Part shown: one piece after another, positions 9,079 to 18,492 of the stretch
Numbering within the stretch: the stretch's first letter is position 1
How the letters are laid out: each line of letters begins with the position of its first letter
From: an uncultured virus (IMG/VR IMGVR_UViG_3300037466_002408)
Lineage: Duplodnaviria > Heunggongvirae > Uroviricota > Caudoviricetes
Strand: one strand, 5' to 3'
Virus record (IMG/VR): IMGVR_UViG_3300037466_002408
Length of the DNA: 36,293 nucleotides
Translations under genes and position numbers: made by a program
The notes under the pieces: generated by a model
Told to the model about the DNA's origin: nothing
The model's input: the letters and a program-made list of their open reading frames with translations, nothing else
Databases searched by the model: none

Positions 9079-9433
9079 GAAGGCACTTGAAGTTGGTAAG
9101 AAGTACAAGCTGCGTAACGACAACGTTTTTCTTTGCTTGTACACCGATATGGGCGGCGATTATCCCATTTTAATGGTTAATACCAAGAAGGACCATCAAG
9201 GTGTTCGCAACTCTGAGGAATTCACCGAAGATGGCAAATACCTTAAGGGTATTAACGTTGAACATGAATACGATGTTATTGGTGAGTCGCGTGAAGTAGA
9301 AGTAATGGTTTACGCGGTGGTTTTGCCCGATGGAACCATTCACGCTCGTCGCGATAAGGGTCACGCAGAATACTTGGTTCGCATGAACGAAGGCGCAAAG
9401 TTGGTAGAGTTTTCTAAGACTGTGGAGGTCTAA
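9071..9433 (+). CDS. Hypothetical protein (VGKKYK.RN repeat family)
   Basis: ATG 9071 after GAGG; N-terminal motif shared with other local ORFs. Confidence 0.75.
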   Translation: MSKKALEVGKKYKLRNDNVFLCLYTDMGGDYPILMVNTKKDHQGVRNSEEFTEDGKYLKGINVEHEYDVIGESREVEVMVYAVVLPDGTIHARRDKGHAEYLVRMNEGAKLVEFSKTVEV

Positions 9434-9441
9434 CAAAAGTT

Positions 9442-10278
9442 ATGAATCTAGATTCAATTTTTAACAACAACAGCAACAACGAAGATCAGGGCGAGCGTCG
9501 AGAGAATCCGACCATCAAGATTGCTTACGCCGACAAGGATAAGCAGGTTATTCGATTCCGCTTCCTTGAGGATCTTAACAAGCTTGAGGTGATGATTCGT
9601 CACTTCGTTCCCGAGATTAACCGTTATGTGGCTTGTAACCAGAAGCCCGGTCAAAAGCAGGTGAAGGACAGCGCGGGCAATAAGATTCCCGGCAAGTTTG
9701 AGCCTACTCTTTGGTCGCATTCCTGGGAGAACAACGTCAAGACCCCTCATTGCGAATTGTGCGAAGAGAAGGCCAAGCTAAAGCGCGAGCTAACCGACAA
9801 GGCTCTTGCTGAGGGCCGCGCTCAATTGACCAAGGAAGAGGGCACGCTAGTTCAGAAGGTCTACAAGCGTCAGCTAGTTCTCAAGGCCCCTGTTGAGGCC
9901 GAGGTTAAGGAAGGTAATAAGGTCGTTCGCCCGATGGGTCCTGGCGCTCTGCTTTTCCAGGTCTACGATCTCTTCTTCCCTCAGTTCAAGGCTCAGTACA
10001 AGCAGTTGAAGTCTAAGTTCGACAGCAAGAAGACCCTTCTTGATCACTGGTTCATCATGAATGGTGAAGGCACCATTGACCTTGATGACAAGCTCACCAA
10101 GGAAGAGAAGGCCGTGACCCCAGAGGTTGATCTTGCTTACTATGACGCTCAAACTCTCTCTTACGCTGAGGGCATCAAGCGCCTGGCTGAGAAGAAGGCT
10201 GCTGCTGATAAGGCTGAGCCGATGGATGACGATAACATTGAGGAAGTCCCGGCTGTGGACGAAGAGATCCCGTTCTAG
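9442..10278 (+). CDS. Probable single-stranded DNA-binding protein (gp32-like)
   Basis: IRFRFL, CxxC, acidic tail ending DEEIPF; replication context; strong codon bias. Confidence 0.75.
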   Translation: MNLDSIFNNNSNNEDQGERRENPTIKIAYADKDKQVIRFRFLEDLNKLEVMIRHFVPEINRYVACNQKPGQKQVKDSAGNKIPGKFEPTLWSHSWENNVKTPHCELCEEKAKLKRELTDKALAEGRAQLTKEEGTLVQKVYKRQLVLKAPVEAEVKEGNKVVRPMGPGALLFQVYDLFFPQFKAQYKQLKSKFDSKKTLLDHWFIMNGEGTIDLDDKLTKEEKAVTPEVDLAYYDAQTLSYAEGIKRLAEKKAAADKAEPMDDDNIEEVPAVDEEIPF

Positions 10279-10301
10279 CCACCAATAACAGTTGACGCTT
10301 T

Positions 10302-10327
10302 GAGGGGGAGCCTAAAAATTCCCCCTC
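10302..10327 (+). terminator. Hairpin after SSB (terminator or processing site)
   Basis: GAGGGGGA...TCCCCCTC. Confidence 0.55.
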
Positions 10328-10351
10328 TTCAAAAAGGAACCTAGAAAATAA

Positions 10352-10765
10352 ATGTCGGAAGTCAAATGCGCTTACCACAAATGTAAAGAGACTTTCATTC
10401 CTGTTCGATGCGACCAAAAGTATCACTCGCCTCAATGCAAAAAGCGAGACTTCCGATTCAAGAATCCAGATTCTAAGAAAGTATACATCGGCAATTGCAT
10501 TATTTGCAATACCTTGATGGAAAATGTGGGCCGTAATCCTGGCGAATATTGCTACGATTGCCGCGAAGAAATCCGCCAAGCCGTAAACGAGAAATACGAA
10601 GATGATGACGGTGGCGAAGAATTAGAGTTTACCAGAGATTGCTCTAATTGTAAATTCGGCAAATACAACCCCGTTGCCGATAGCAAATATGAATGCCTCG
10701 CCCGAAAGGGCTGGGAGTGCAAACCGTATTTACTACAACAACCTAAATATTGGGAGGCTAAATAA
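10352..10765 (+). CDS. Cys-rich Zn-binding hypothetical protein
   Basis: Multiple CxxC/CxxxC motifs. Confidence 0.7.
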   Translation: MSEVKCAYHKCKETFIPVRCDQKYHSPQCKKRDFRFKNPDSKKVYIGNCIICNTLMENVGRNPGEYCYDCREEIRQAVNEKYEDDDGGEELEFTRDCSNCKFGKYNPVADSKYECLARKGWECKPYLLQQPKYWEAK

Positions 10766-10912
10766 TGCACGAACATACCAATTCATCCGAGATTCCCGAG
10801 TTGGTGAAGCGCACTAATGACAAATTCTCAGAAACCCTTAAGGTGTTGGGTGAGCTATACATTAGCCCTGATTGGTATATTGAGCGAAAGCCTTGGAGGC
10901 CGGGGGAGAATC

Positions 10913-11290
10913 ATGGCTCGCGATCGTAGATGGATTAACCTCGCCAGAAAAATTGCCGAACAGAATAACTTCCCTAAGTATAAGATGGCTTGCGTAGTTG
11001 TAAGAGGTGGAAGAGTTTTGGCAATCGGCATTAACCGAATCACCCCTGGAATTCTCAAGCACCCTGCGTACTGCAACAAGGCGATGCACGCCGAGCTAGA
11101 TGCGATTCTGCAAATCAACAGGGCAGCACTTCATAATTCCACTGTGTATGTAGCGGGAGTTTCCAAGGGCAAAAACCTCATCAAGAGCAAGCCCTGCCCG
11201 TCGTGCCAACAAATGCTTCGCGAATTCGGAATTCATTCTGTTGTTTGGCACACCCCCGAAGATGAATTAATTAGAGAAAGAGTTGTATGA
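10913..11290 (+). CDS. Cytidine/dCMP deaminase-family Zn enzyme
   Basis: HAE and PCxxC motifs; ATG 10913 after GGGGAG. Confidence 0.88.
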   Translation: MARDRRWINLARKIAEQNNFPKYKMACVVVRGGRVLAIGINRITPGILKHPAYCNKAMHAELDAILQINRAALHNSTVYVAGVSKGKNLIKSKPCPSCQQMLREFGIHSVVWHTPEDELIRERVV

Positions 11291-11832
11291 AGAAGAACTT
11301 TAAAGAGATTGAAATCGGCAAAAAGTACAAGGCCCGCAATGGTGCTATTTACCTCGCTGAATGTGCAAGCCCCTCTATGCCTGGCAAAATTAGGATGCGG
11401 AACCAAGGGCCTACTGCAACCTACATTGATGTTTTGCCCGATGGTCAAGATTACAAAGACGGCAATTCTTCTTGGGATATGCTAGAAGAGATCAAACCTT
11501 TGATTCTTGAAGTTGGTAAGAGCTATAAGGTTAAAAATGGCAAGAAGGCTGATGTTGTTCACAAGATTGATGCGGATACGTTTGTCGCAGTGATTGACAA
11601 TTTTGCATACAACTTCCATGTTGATGGCTTGGATTGCAACTACGGCTCTTCAATTGTCAGCGAGTGGCCCAAGAAGATCGTGTTTGATAAGTGGGCCAAC
11701 ATTTATCCCGAGACTGTTGCACGTGGAACGATCGAGATTACAACTTTGCACAGTACCAAAGAGCAAGCTGATCACTATGCTACTGCTGGGCGAATTGCTT
11801 GTGTTAACATCAAGGAAGAGTTTGAGGTCTAA
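11287..11832 (+). CDS. Hypothetical protein with two EIGKKYK.RNG-type repeats
   Basis: EIGKKYKARNG and EVGKSYKVKNG. Confidence 0.75.
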   Translation: MKKNFKEIEIGKKYKARNGAIYLAECASPSMPGKIRMRNQGPTATYIDVLPDGQDYKDGNSSWDMLEEIKPLILEVGKSYKVKNGKKADVVHKIDADTFVAVIDNFAYNFHVDGLDCNYGSSIVSEWPKKIVFDKWANIYPETVARGTIEITTLHSTKEQADHYATAGRIACVNIKEEFEV

Positions 11833-12219
11833 ATGTCCACAATCTTCAAGTATATGAACATTGGTGAGAAGATTGGTGTTTCGATGCGTGATTTTCTCAT
11901 CAACCTCCAATCGGGGGATTCCAAGCTGAAGCCGTATGAGAAGCTAAAGACTTACGACGAGATCAGCAAAATGGACCTGCTTGGAACCCTGGAAGCGTTT
12001 GTGGAATCGGGATTCAATATCACCGAGACAACCAAGATTCTTGGTTTTGCCCGAGGCACCATCAAGTACCGCCTGGACCGCATTAACGAAATCAGCGGCA
12101 TTGACATTAAAATCGCCAACAACGCACTTCTCATCTACCTCGCTCGAAAGTGCGATGAGATTCTAGAAAATCCGCCAGAGAAATTCAATCAATTTGGAGT
12201 TAAAATTGCAACCCGGTAA
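11833..12219 (+). CDS. PucR C-terminal HTH domain protein
   Basis: LLGTLEAFVESGFNITETTKIL...TIKYRLDRINEISGID matches the PucR/CdaR HTH pattern. Confidence 0.8.
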   Translation: MSTIFKYMNIGEKIGVSMRDFLINLQSGDSKLKPYEKLKTYDEISKMDLLGTLEAFVESGFNITETTKILGFARGTIKYRLDRINEISGIDIKIANNALLIYLARKCDEILENPPEKFNQFGVKIATR

Positions 12220-12394
12220 ATATAGAACTCGCGGAGATCACATCGTTCAATTGATGTATTTTAATGAGAAGGCACATCTATTTCCAGGTAAAGTCAAGCG
12301 AGAGGATAATGTTTTTTACACCGTTACTTTCGCCGGAAAACGCTTGATTAATGTTGATGACGAATGGGACCTACAGGAGAGAATCAGTGACTAA
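12206..12394 (+). CDS. Hypothetical protein (PGKYRTR family)
   Basis: TTG after GGAG. Confidence 0.65.
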   Translation: MQPGKYRTRGDHIVQLMYFNEKAHLFPGKVKREDNVFYTVTFAGKRLINVDDEWDLQERISD

Positions 12395-12770
12395 CGAATT
12401 TAAACTCGGACAGGTTTGGCAAGCAGCTAACGGCTTCAAATACAAGCTTGTGACGGTTGATGAGTTGAATAATGCCATCAACACAACTTTAAATCCACGG
12501 GATTACAAAAATAGCCTTATTGGTCTAAACCTTACTACAAAAGGTGGCTGGAATAGTTTTGGTCTTGATGGTTCTTCAGGAAACAATCTTAGCCTAGTTG
12601 AGCTAATTGAAGATGTTGTTGAAAAAGAGGAAGTTAAAGTGACCCGAGATTACTACAAGATTGCAGTTGACATTCTTAAGACTATTTATATCACCGGAAA
12701 AACTTCTGCTGATTACTCAAAAGACGTTGAGAATATCGTCAAGGTTCTGAAGGTGGCTGATAATGCTTAA
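12387..12770 (+). CDS. Hypothetical protein
   Basis: GTG after AGGAG; FKLGQVW N-terminus. Confidence 0.7.
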   Translation: MTNEFKLGQVWQAANGFKYKLVTVDELNNAINTTLNPRDYKNSLIGLNLTTKGGWNSFGLDGSSGNNLSLVELIEDVVEKEEVKVTRDYYKIAVDILKTIYITGKTSADYSKDVENIVKVLKVADNA

Positions 12771-13155
12771 GGTTGGTCAAGTTTGGGAGAGTGACGACGG
12801 CAGAAAAGTTGAACTCATGACATGGGATCAGCTTCGCAAGCGTCGTCCCGGAAATTATGATAACTACGAGCGGTACGCTGAATTTGCCGCTCTAGTGGAT
12901 GATAGTGGTTTTGACGCCTATTGTTCAGATGGTCATCCTATCAGCAGTCTGGGTAAGAAGTATTACGAGTACAGTCTTGTTAGATTAATTCAAGATGTGG
13001 AGGATACCGAAGTGAAGATTCAAAAACTATCTGCCGTTGAGCATGCTGTCAACATTCTTGAGTTGTCCGAGAATCTATACCAAGACATCGAGGTTACAGC
13101 TGTTGACCAAATTCGCTCGATTGCGAAGTACCTAGAGGATAACAAACTTGTTTAA
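12763..13155 (+). CDS. Hypothetical protein, likely paralog of the preceding gene
   Basis: LKVGQVW start; SLV.LI.DV.E and AV.IL shared. Confidence 0.7.
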   Translation: MLKVGQVWESDDGRKVELMTWDQLRKRRPGNYDNYERYAEFAALVDDSGFDAYCSDGHPISSLGKKYYEYSLVRLIQDVEDTEVKIQKLSAVEHAVNILELSENLYQDIEVTAVDQIRSIAKYLEDNKLV

Positions 13156-13375
13156 GCTTGTTGGTAACGTCATTAAATACAAAGAGACTACCGTACTGGT
13201 GTTGACTGAGGGGCTGGCGAATAGGTTTTTCGCCGCCTCAATCGTCGGCTTGCTCAATCGCTCGTTATTTAGCGAACGCCAATTCCGAGGTAAGGTGATT
13301 GAGTACCAACAACTAATGGATCGCATTTACGACAATGCTGCCCTGTTGGACACTTATGGTAAGCAAGAAGATTAA
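13148..13375 (+). CDS. Hypothetical protein
   Basis: Overlap-coupled ORF. Confidence 0.6.
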   Translation: MFKLVGNVIKYKETTVLVLTEGLANRFFAASIVGLLNRSLFSERQFRGKVIEYQQLMDRIYDNAALLDTYGKQED

Positions 13376-13416
13376 GCTTCGTAAGCGTCGTAGACTTTTA
13401 GCGAGAGATAATAAAA

Positions 13417-13845
13417 ATGTGGCCTGTTTATGCAGTAATAGGTTTTATTGTTTACTTTTTTCTGATGGAATTCCCTCTGACGCTGCTTGCATCAAATCAT
13501 GCATTCAAGCAAGAAAATTGGAGGTTTTGGGCCGACAGGATTAGAATGTGGCCCTTAAGGCCAGCTTGGCTATATTGGTTGCAGGTTGTTTATTACAACT
13601 CTAAATTTTATCGCAACAAACAAGTCAAAATCGAAGCTCTTGAGCATTTTGAATTCGGCAAAAAGTCATTTGACCAACAGCTTTCAAAACTTGAAGCCGA
13701 ATTCAAACAGGCCGTCATTGACGGAGCAGAAGAAAACCGCTTGATGGATTTGGCCGTCAAGATGGTGCGTGTTGAGAGCGAGCTAGAGGACTACAGGAGA
13801 AAGGTCTTTGCCCAAGCTAAAAGTCAAACTAAAGACGGTCATTGA
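13417..13845 (+). CDS. Membrane-anchored coiled-coil protein
   Basis: Hydrophobic N-terminus, heptad-rich C-terminus. Confidence 0.65.
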   Translation: MWPVYAVIGFIVYFFLMEFPLTLLASNHAFKQENWRFWADRIRMWPLRPAWLYWLQVVYYNSKFYRNKQVKIEALEHFEFGKKSFDQQLSKLEAEFKQAVIDGAEENRLMDLAVKMVRVESELEDYRRKVFAQAKSQTKDGH

Positions 13846-14149
13846 AGAGTACCTTGTGCGCTTCCCTGATGTGAAGTATGTTGATGTAGAGGTAAAAACT
13901 TTCAGCAAGAGAATTCCCGCTCCATTGACTTGGGCGGGATTCTACATCAAAAACGAATATAATTTGAAATTCTCCATTGCTTCCGACTATCAAAGTGATT
14001 ACGAATTATTGATGAAGGAAATAAATAAGAATCGTTATATTCGCCAACAACAGCAGAACATCATTGGAATGATTGGCCGAGGCAGAATCTTCCGTTATTT
14101 AAATCCGTTGCTAGCTGATACAGAGAAGGAAAAATGCAGGAAACTCTAA
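13808..14149 (+). CDS. Hypothetical protein
   Basis: 113-aa ORF in operon. Confidence 0.6.
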   Translation: MPKLKVKLKTVIEEYLVRFPDVKYVDVEVKTFSKRIPAPLTWAGFYIKNEYNLKFSIASDYQSDYELLMKEINKNRYIRQQQQNIIGMIGRGRIFRYLNPLLADTEKEKCRKL

Positions 14150-14205
14150 TTTCGTTTCACTCCCACATAAACAATGCAGCATTACGGACACATTTACGTT
14201 ATTAA
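14134..14205 (+). pseudogene. Orphaned dnaE 5' end (MQETLISFHSH plus 12 unrelated residues)
   Basis: AGAAGGA RBS; 10 residues after Met identical to DnaE residues 3-12 at 14827-14856. Confidence 0.85.
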
Positions 14206-14824
14206 AAACGCCATCACTGGAATGCAATACGTAGGTCAAACAACTCAAGATATCTACGTAAGGTGGCGAAATCACAACAGCGATCATTCTAGATGCCCAT
14301 ATTTATTTTCGGCATTGAAAAAATATGGACGCGAAAGCTTCATATTGACAATTGTTGATTATGCTGAAAACAAAGAAGAGTTGGATGACGCGGAAATTTA
14401 TTGGGTTCGTAAATTGAACACTATGGCCCCAAATGGGTACAATGTAAAAGAACCAGGCGGCACCAGGGGCAAGCTACAGCAAGAATCTAAAGATAAAGTT
14501 GCTAAATCAAAACGCGCCACACTGAGCCGCAAGGAATTTAAAACATCGAAATATAAAGGTGTTGGATACTCAAAACAAAAAGGCAAATTCAGGTGCGCTC
14601 TTTGGATTGGTAAAAAGATTGTTGTCGAATTATATTTTGAATCTGAAGAAGTTGCAGCTAAAGTTTATGACTATTTTGCTTTTACGAACGATTCAGATTC
14701 CTATTTGAACTTTCCAAATGAAGTTTTAAGTGGCTATCAAGTTACAGAAATAATTAACAACGAATACAAAGACAAAAAGATAAAGCCTAAAATTCTTGAA
14801 AAGCTAATTGGAGAATTCTTTTGA
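14174..14824 (+). mobile_element. Free-standing GIY-YIG homing endonuclease with C-terminal AP2-like DNA-binding domain
   Basis: HIY-10aa-YVG, R..NH, E..W, NGYN; SKYKGV...FESEEVAAKVYD. Confidence 0.9.
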
Positions 14825-17800
14825 GTCAAGAAACTTTAATTTCCTTCCATTCGCATACTTCGTTGTCTTATCAAGATGCCCTCTCAACGCCAGAGGATCT
14901 AATTCATTATGCGAAACTGTACAACGCCCCTAGTCTCGCTGTCAGCGATCACCATAACCTTTGCGCGTGGCCGAAATTCTACAATCTAGCTAAAAAGGCA
15001 GGTATCAAGCCCATCGCATCTTGCGAAATGTATTTCCAATGGCACGATAAGCGTGATTCTGACAAGTCCTCCTACCATCTTCTTCTCACCGTAAAGAACG
15101 AGGCCGGTTGGCGTAATCTGCTCAAGCTGATGTATCTCTCCAACATTCCGGTGGCTGATGGCGGCGGTTTTTATTATCGCCCCCGAATCACCGAGAAGAT
15201 GTTGTACGCGCACAAAGAAGGACTTATTGTGTCCTCAGCCTGCGTGTCTGGTCCCATCGCCAAGCCTTTGTTAGCTGGCAATGAAATGGAAGCCCGCATG
15301 ATTGCTGAGGACTTCCGCAATAACCTCGATGATTTCTTTATTGAGATTATGCCTCACCGCTTGGAGATCCAGAGCAAGGTTAATTCTAAGTTGGTCAAGC
15401 TTGGTAAAGATATGGGCATTCCTGTTATCACCACGCTGGACATTCACTTTGCCGATTCCAGTTATGAGGATGCTTACCTTTGCAATGGCGATATTCGCCG
15501 CAATCGAACTATCACTGAGCGCAATAACCCTCAATCTGATTGTCTGCGTGACCCTGATTTCTATTATAAGTCAATCGCGGAAATCTATGATGTGTTTGAT
15601 GGTCACGGCATTACTAAGAGTGACATTCGTGAGTCAATCGCTAACACTGTGCTGATTGATAACATGATTGACTTCTCTTGGCAGAATAACCATTTTGCCC
15701 AACCTAAATACTCAGATGATGCCGACCGCCAACTAGAACTACTTCTCGCCAAAAAGATTCGTGAGAAGTTCGGCTCAAGCATTCCTCAAGAATATAAGGA
15801 TCGTACTCGCTATGAATTCAACGTTATTCGTGATATGGGATTTTCTAACTACTTCCTTATCCTTAATGATGCAATTGATTTCTGTGGCCGTGAGCGTATT
15901 AATGTTGGCCCTGGTCGCGGTTCTGCCGCTTCTTCCCTTCTGCTTTGGTTGCTCGGAATCACGAACCTAGACCCGCTTAAGTACAATTTGCCGTTTGAGC
16001 GATTCTTGAATAAGGACCGCACCGGTACCGTTCCTGATGTTGACGTTGACCTTGATTCTGATGGTCGTGAAAAACTAATCACTTACCTCAAGTCCCGTTG
16101 GGGCGAGAAGCATGTTGTGCAGTTGATTAACTACTCTCAGATGAAGCCCAAAGCGGCAATTTCCGATGCCGGTAAGTGGCTTGAGGTTGACTTCAAGGAA
16201 GTTAAGAACATCACTGCTGCTATTCCTGCCAAGGGTTATGACGAGGATGGTAATGCCTTTGAGCTGCCTTGGGATGACGTAATTAAGGTGCCTCAGGTTC
16301 AGAAATACATTGACCAGTACCCGCGACTGTTTGAGGTTGCTGGCAAGTTGGTGGGCTCATATCGCCAGCCCAACGTCCATGCTGGTGCCGTCTGTATCCT
16401 CCCTGAGCCTGCTGACGAGATTATTCCCGTTATGCAGAAGCGAGGCGACCAAGGTGCTGATTGCCTTATCTCCCAGTGGGATAAGAAAATGTCGGAGTTG
16501 GTTGGCGTCCACAAGTATGACTTCCTCGGCCTTTCAACTCTCAAGGTGCTGAAGGAATGCGAGGATATGACTGGCGTGGGCCTGCATACCATTGACTTAG
16601 AGAACCCGGCCACTTGGCGTTACTTCCAAGAGGGTAAGCACATGCTGGGTATTTTCCAGTTCATGGAGGATAAGACTCGCTCTTTCCTGCGGCAAATTAA
16701 GCCTGAGCGCCTACAAGATTTGTCGGACGTTAACACCCTGATTCGTCCCGGTGCTGACTCTGACTTGTATTTGAAGAATCGCAAATCCAAAATGATTGAA
16801 TACAAGTTTGATTTGCCGGAAGTCAAAGAGGAATTGAAGAATTCATACGGCGCTATTATTTACCAAGAGAACATCATGAACCTGGCTAACAAACTGGCTG
16901 ATTTCACGTTGGGCGAAGGCGATATGTTGCGTCGTGCATTGGAGAAAAACGATGCTGGCAAAATCGCCAAGTACAAAGAGAAATTCGTCTCGACTTGCAA
17001 ATACCCTGATATTGCTAATGACCTATTTGATTGGATTGGCGCTAACGCCGCTTATCTGTTTAATAAGTCACATGCACTTACTTACTCGCTAATTGGTTTC
17101 TGGTGCGCTTACTACAAGGCGAATTTCCCTCATCAATTCCTTGTGGCTAATTTGCGCCACCCCAAGTCCAGCCAAAAGTTATCCGAGCCTGAGTACATCG
17201 CCAACTTCATCCAGGAGGCGAAAGAAATGGGCATCAGCGTAGAATTACCTCGTCTGGGTAAGGCGTATGCTCTTCCGACTTATGACCCTATCTCCGAGAC
17301 TGTTTACTATGGCCTCGTTGGCATTAAGGGTATTTCTGAGAATTCTGCATACCCCCTGTCGCTCAATTCTGAGACTAACTTCGCGGATTTTGTGACAAAA
17401 TCTCTGGAAATCAAAAAGGAATACATCAACAACGGCAAAACCTCACTGCGGCCTGTTATTAACAAGGGTCACATCAAACGGCTTTGTCTGCTTGGATTCT
17501 TTGGAGATCCCGGCGAATACCTCAAAAAATACGAGGAGTATTTCAAGGAAAAAGAAGAAATTGAATTCACGGATTACGAAGACGCAGTTAATGACGCTGT
17601 TGGTTTCAGTTGGTTTTCGCCGCTAACAAAATACGAAGCGAGACTTCCTGAAAAATACAACGAAAAAGACCGCTATGTTATTATGAAAATCACGTATGTT
17701 AAAAAGGGAAATACAAGAGGACGTGATTGGACAATGATTAAAGGGGCCACAAACCACATGGGAGATACAACGGCTTTTCTCTCTCTTTTGGCGGATATTA

Positions 17801-17886
17801 AAAAGGGCGATGTTATTCTGTGCAAATACAAGAGGGGTCGAAACGCGGACTCCATCAGCATTGAGGACTGGAAGCTCCTGGACTGA
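14821..17886 (+). CDS. dnaE: DNA polymerase III alpha subunit (family C) with PHP domain
   Basis: PHP HSH, SDH, SAC..G, DIH; GPGRGSAA, FERFLN, PDVDVD, KYDFLGL, YQE, FNKSH. Confidence 0.97.
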   Translation: MSQETLISFHSHTSLSYQDALSTPEDLIHYAKLYNAPSLAVSDHHNLCAWPKFYNLAKKAGIKPIASCEMYFQWHDKRDSDKSSYHLLLTVKNEAGWRNLLKLMYLSNIPVADGGGFYYRPRITEKMLYAHKEGLIVSSACVSGPIAKPLLAGNEMEARMIAEDFRNNLDDFFIEIMPHRLEIQSKVNSKLVKLGKDMGIPVITTLDIHFADSSYEDAYLCNGDIRRNRTITERNNPQSDCLRDPDFYYKSIAEIYDVFDGHGITKSDIRESIANTVLIDNMIDFSWQNNHFAQPKYSDDADRQLELLLAKKIREKFGSSIPQEYKDRTRYEFNVIRDMGFSNYFLILNDAIDFCGRERINVGPGRGSAASSLLLWLLGITNLDPLKYNLPFERFLNKDRTGTVPDVDVDLDSDGREKLITYLKSRWGEKHVVQLINYSQMKPKAAISDAGKWLEVDFKEVKNITAAIPAKGYDEDGNAFELPWDDVIKVPQVQKYIDQYPRLFEVAGKLVGSYRQPNVHAGAVCILPEPADEIIPVMQKRGDQGADCLISQWDKKMSELVGVHKYDFLGLSTLKVLKECEDMTGVGLHTIDLENPATWRYFQEGKHMLGIFQFMEDKTRSFLRQIKPERLQDLSDVNTLIRPGADSDLYLKNRKSKMIEYKFDLPEVKEELKNSYGAIIYQENIMNLANKLADFTLGEGDMLRRALEKNDAGKIAKYKEKFVSTCKYPDIANDLFDWIGANAAYLFNKSHALTYSLIGFWCAYYKANFPHQFLVANLRHPKSSQKLSEPEYIANFIQEAKEMGISVELPRLGKAYALPTYDPISETVYYGLVGIKGISENSAYPLSLNSETNFADFVTKSLEIKKEYINNGKTSLRPVINKGHIKRLCLLGFFGDPGEYLKKYEEYFKEKEEIEFTDYEDAVNDAVGFSWFSPLTKYEARLPEKYNEKDRYVIMKITYVKKGNTRGRDWTMIKGATNHMGDTTAFLSLLADIKKGDVILCKYKRGRNADSISIEDWKLLD

Positions 17887-17935
17887 TTCTAGTGTCGGCT
17901 TCTTCACAAAACTTCACATTCCAGATAACAAGAAA

Positions 17936-17954
17936 GCCCCGGCTTTGCCGGGGC
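17936..17954. terminator. Terminator between convergent genes
   Basis: GCCCCGGC-TTT-GCCGGGGC; T-rich tail on minus strand. Confidence 0.8.
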
Positions 17955-17968
17955 CTCTTGCTTAAGGT

Positions 17969-18256
17969 CTATTTGTTCAACAGGTGCCGAAGGATGAGCT
18001 TCCTGCGCTCCACCTTGTCCGCCTCACCGTTGATAATCTGCCAGGCGAAAACCGCCAGGGCCTTGTCCTCAGCAGGGATGCGAAGAGGGGGAATGCGTGG
18101 GGCCAGAAGGTACGACTTGTAAATTTTCGCCAATTCGGAAAAAGCTTTCTTCTCAGTGATTACGTTATTCTGCAAGTCTCGCTTAACGTTCCGAATCTTG
18201 CCGATAACCGTCTGAGTGGTGGTGATTTGGGAATTCTTCTCCATCGTTGCAGGCAT
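17969..18256 (-). CDS. Hypothetical protein
   Basis: ATG after GAGG; own promoter TTGACA (18329)-18 nt-TACGAT and terminator. Confidence 0.7.
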   Translation of the reverse strand: MPATMEKNSQITTTQTVIGKIRNVKRDLQNNVITEKKAFSELAKIYKSYLLAPRIPPLRIPAEDKALAVFAWQIINGEADKVERRKLILRHLLNK

Positions 18257-18452
18257 TAAGTCCTCACTTTCTTGTAACAATGTGTTGCGTGTGTAACGTA
18301 TCGTAAAAGATATTATGGTTGACTGTCAATTAGAAATTTTACCGCAATCACCGTCATTATGCCGAATAGCGGGCCGTCAGCCTCAGTAGAACACGATTAT
18401 ACGAGCAAGCACAAACTTTACATTCGAAATTCCGTTCGACCAGATCAGGGCA

Positions 18453-18492
18453 AAAGAAAAAGGGTCAGGGATTGCTCCCTGACCCCGTTTTT
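18453..18492. terminator. Bidirectional intrinsic terminator
   Basis: A-tract, GGGTCAGGGA-TTGC-TCCCTGACCC, T-tract. Confidence 0.88.

Noticed and set aside
14167..14826. Group I intron or translational bypass in dnaE
   Set aside because: The endonuclease ORF fills essentially the whole insert, leaving no room for a ribozyme core, and the downstream dnaE copy is complete with its own RBS, so splicing is unnecessary.
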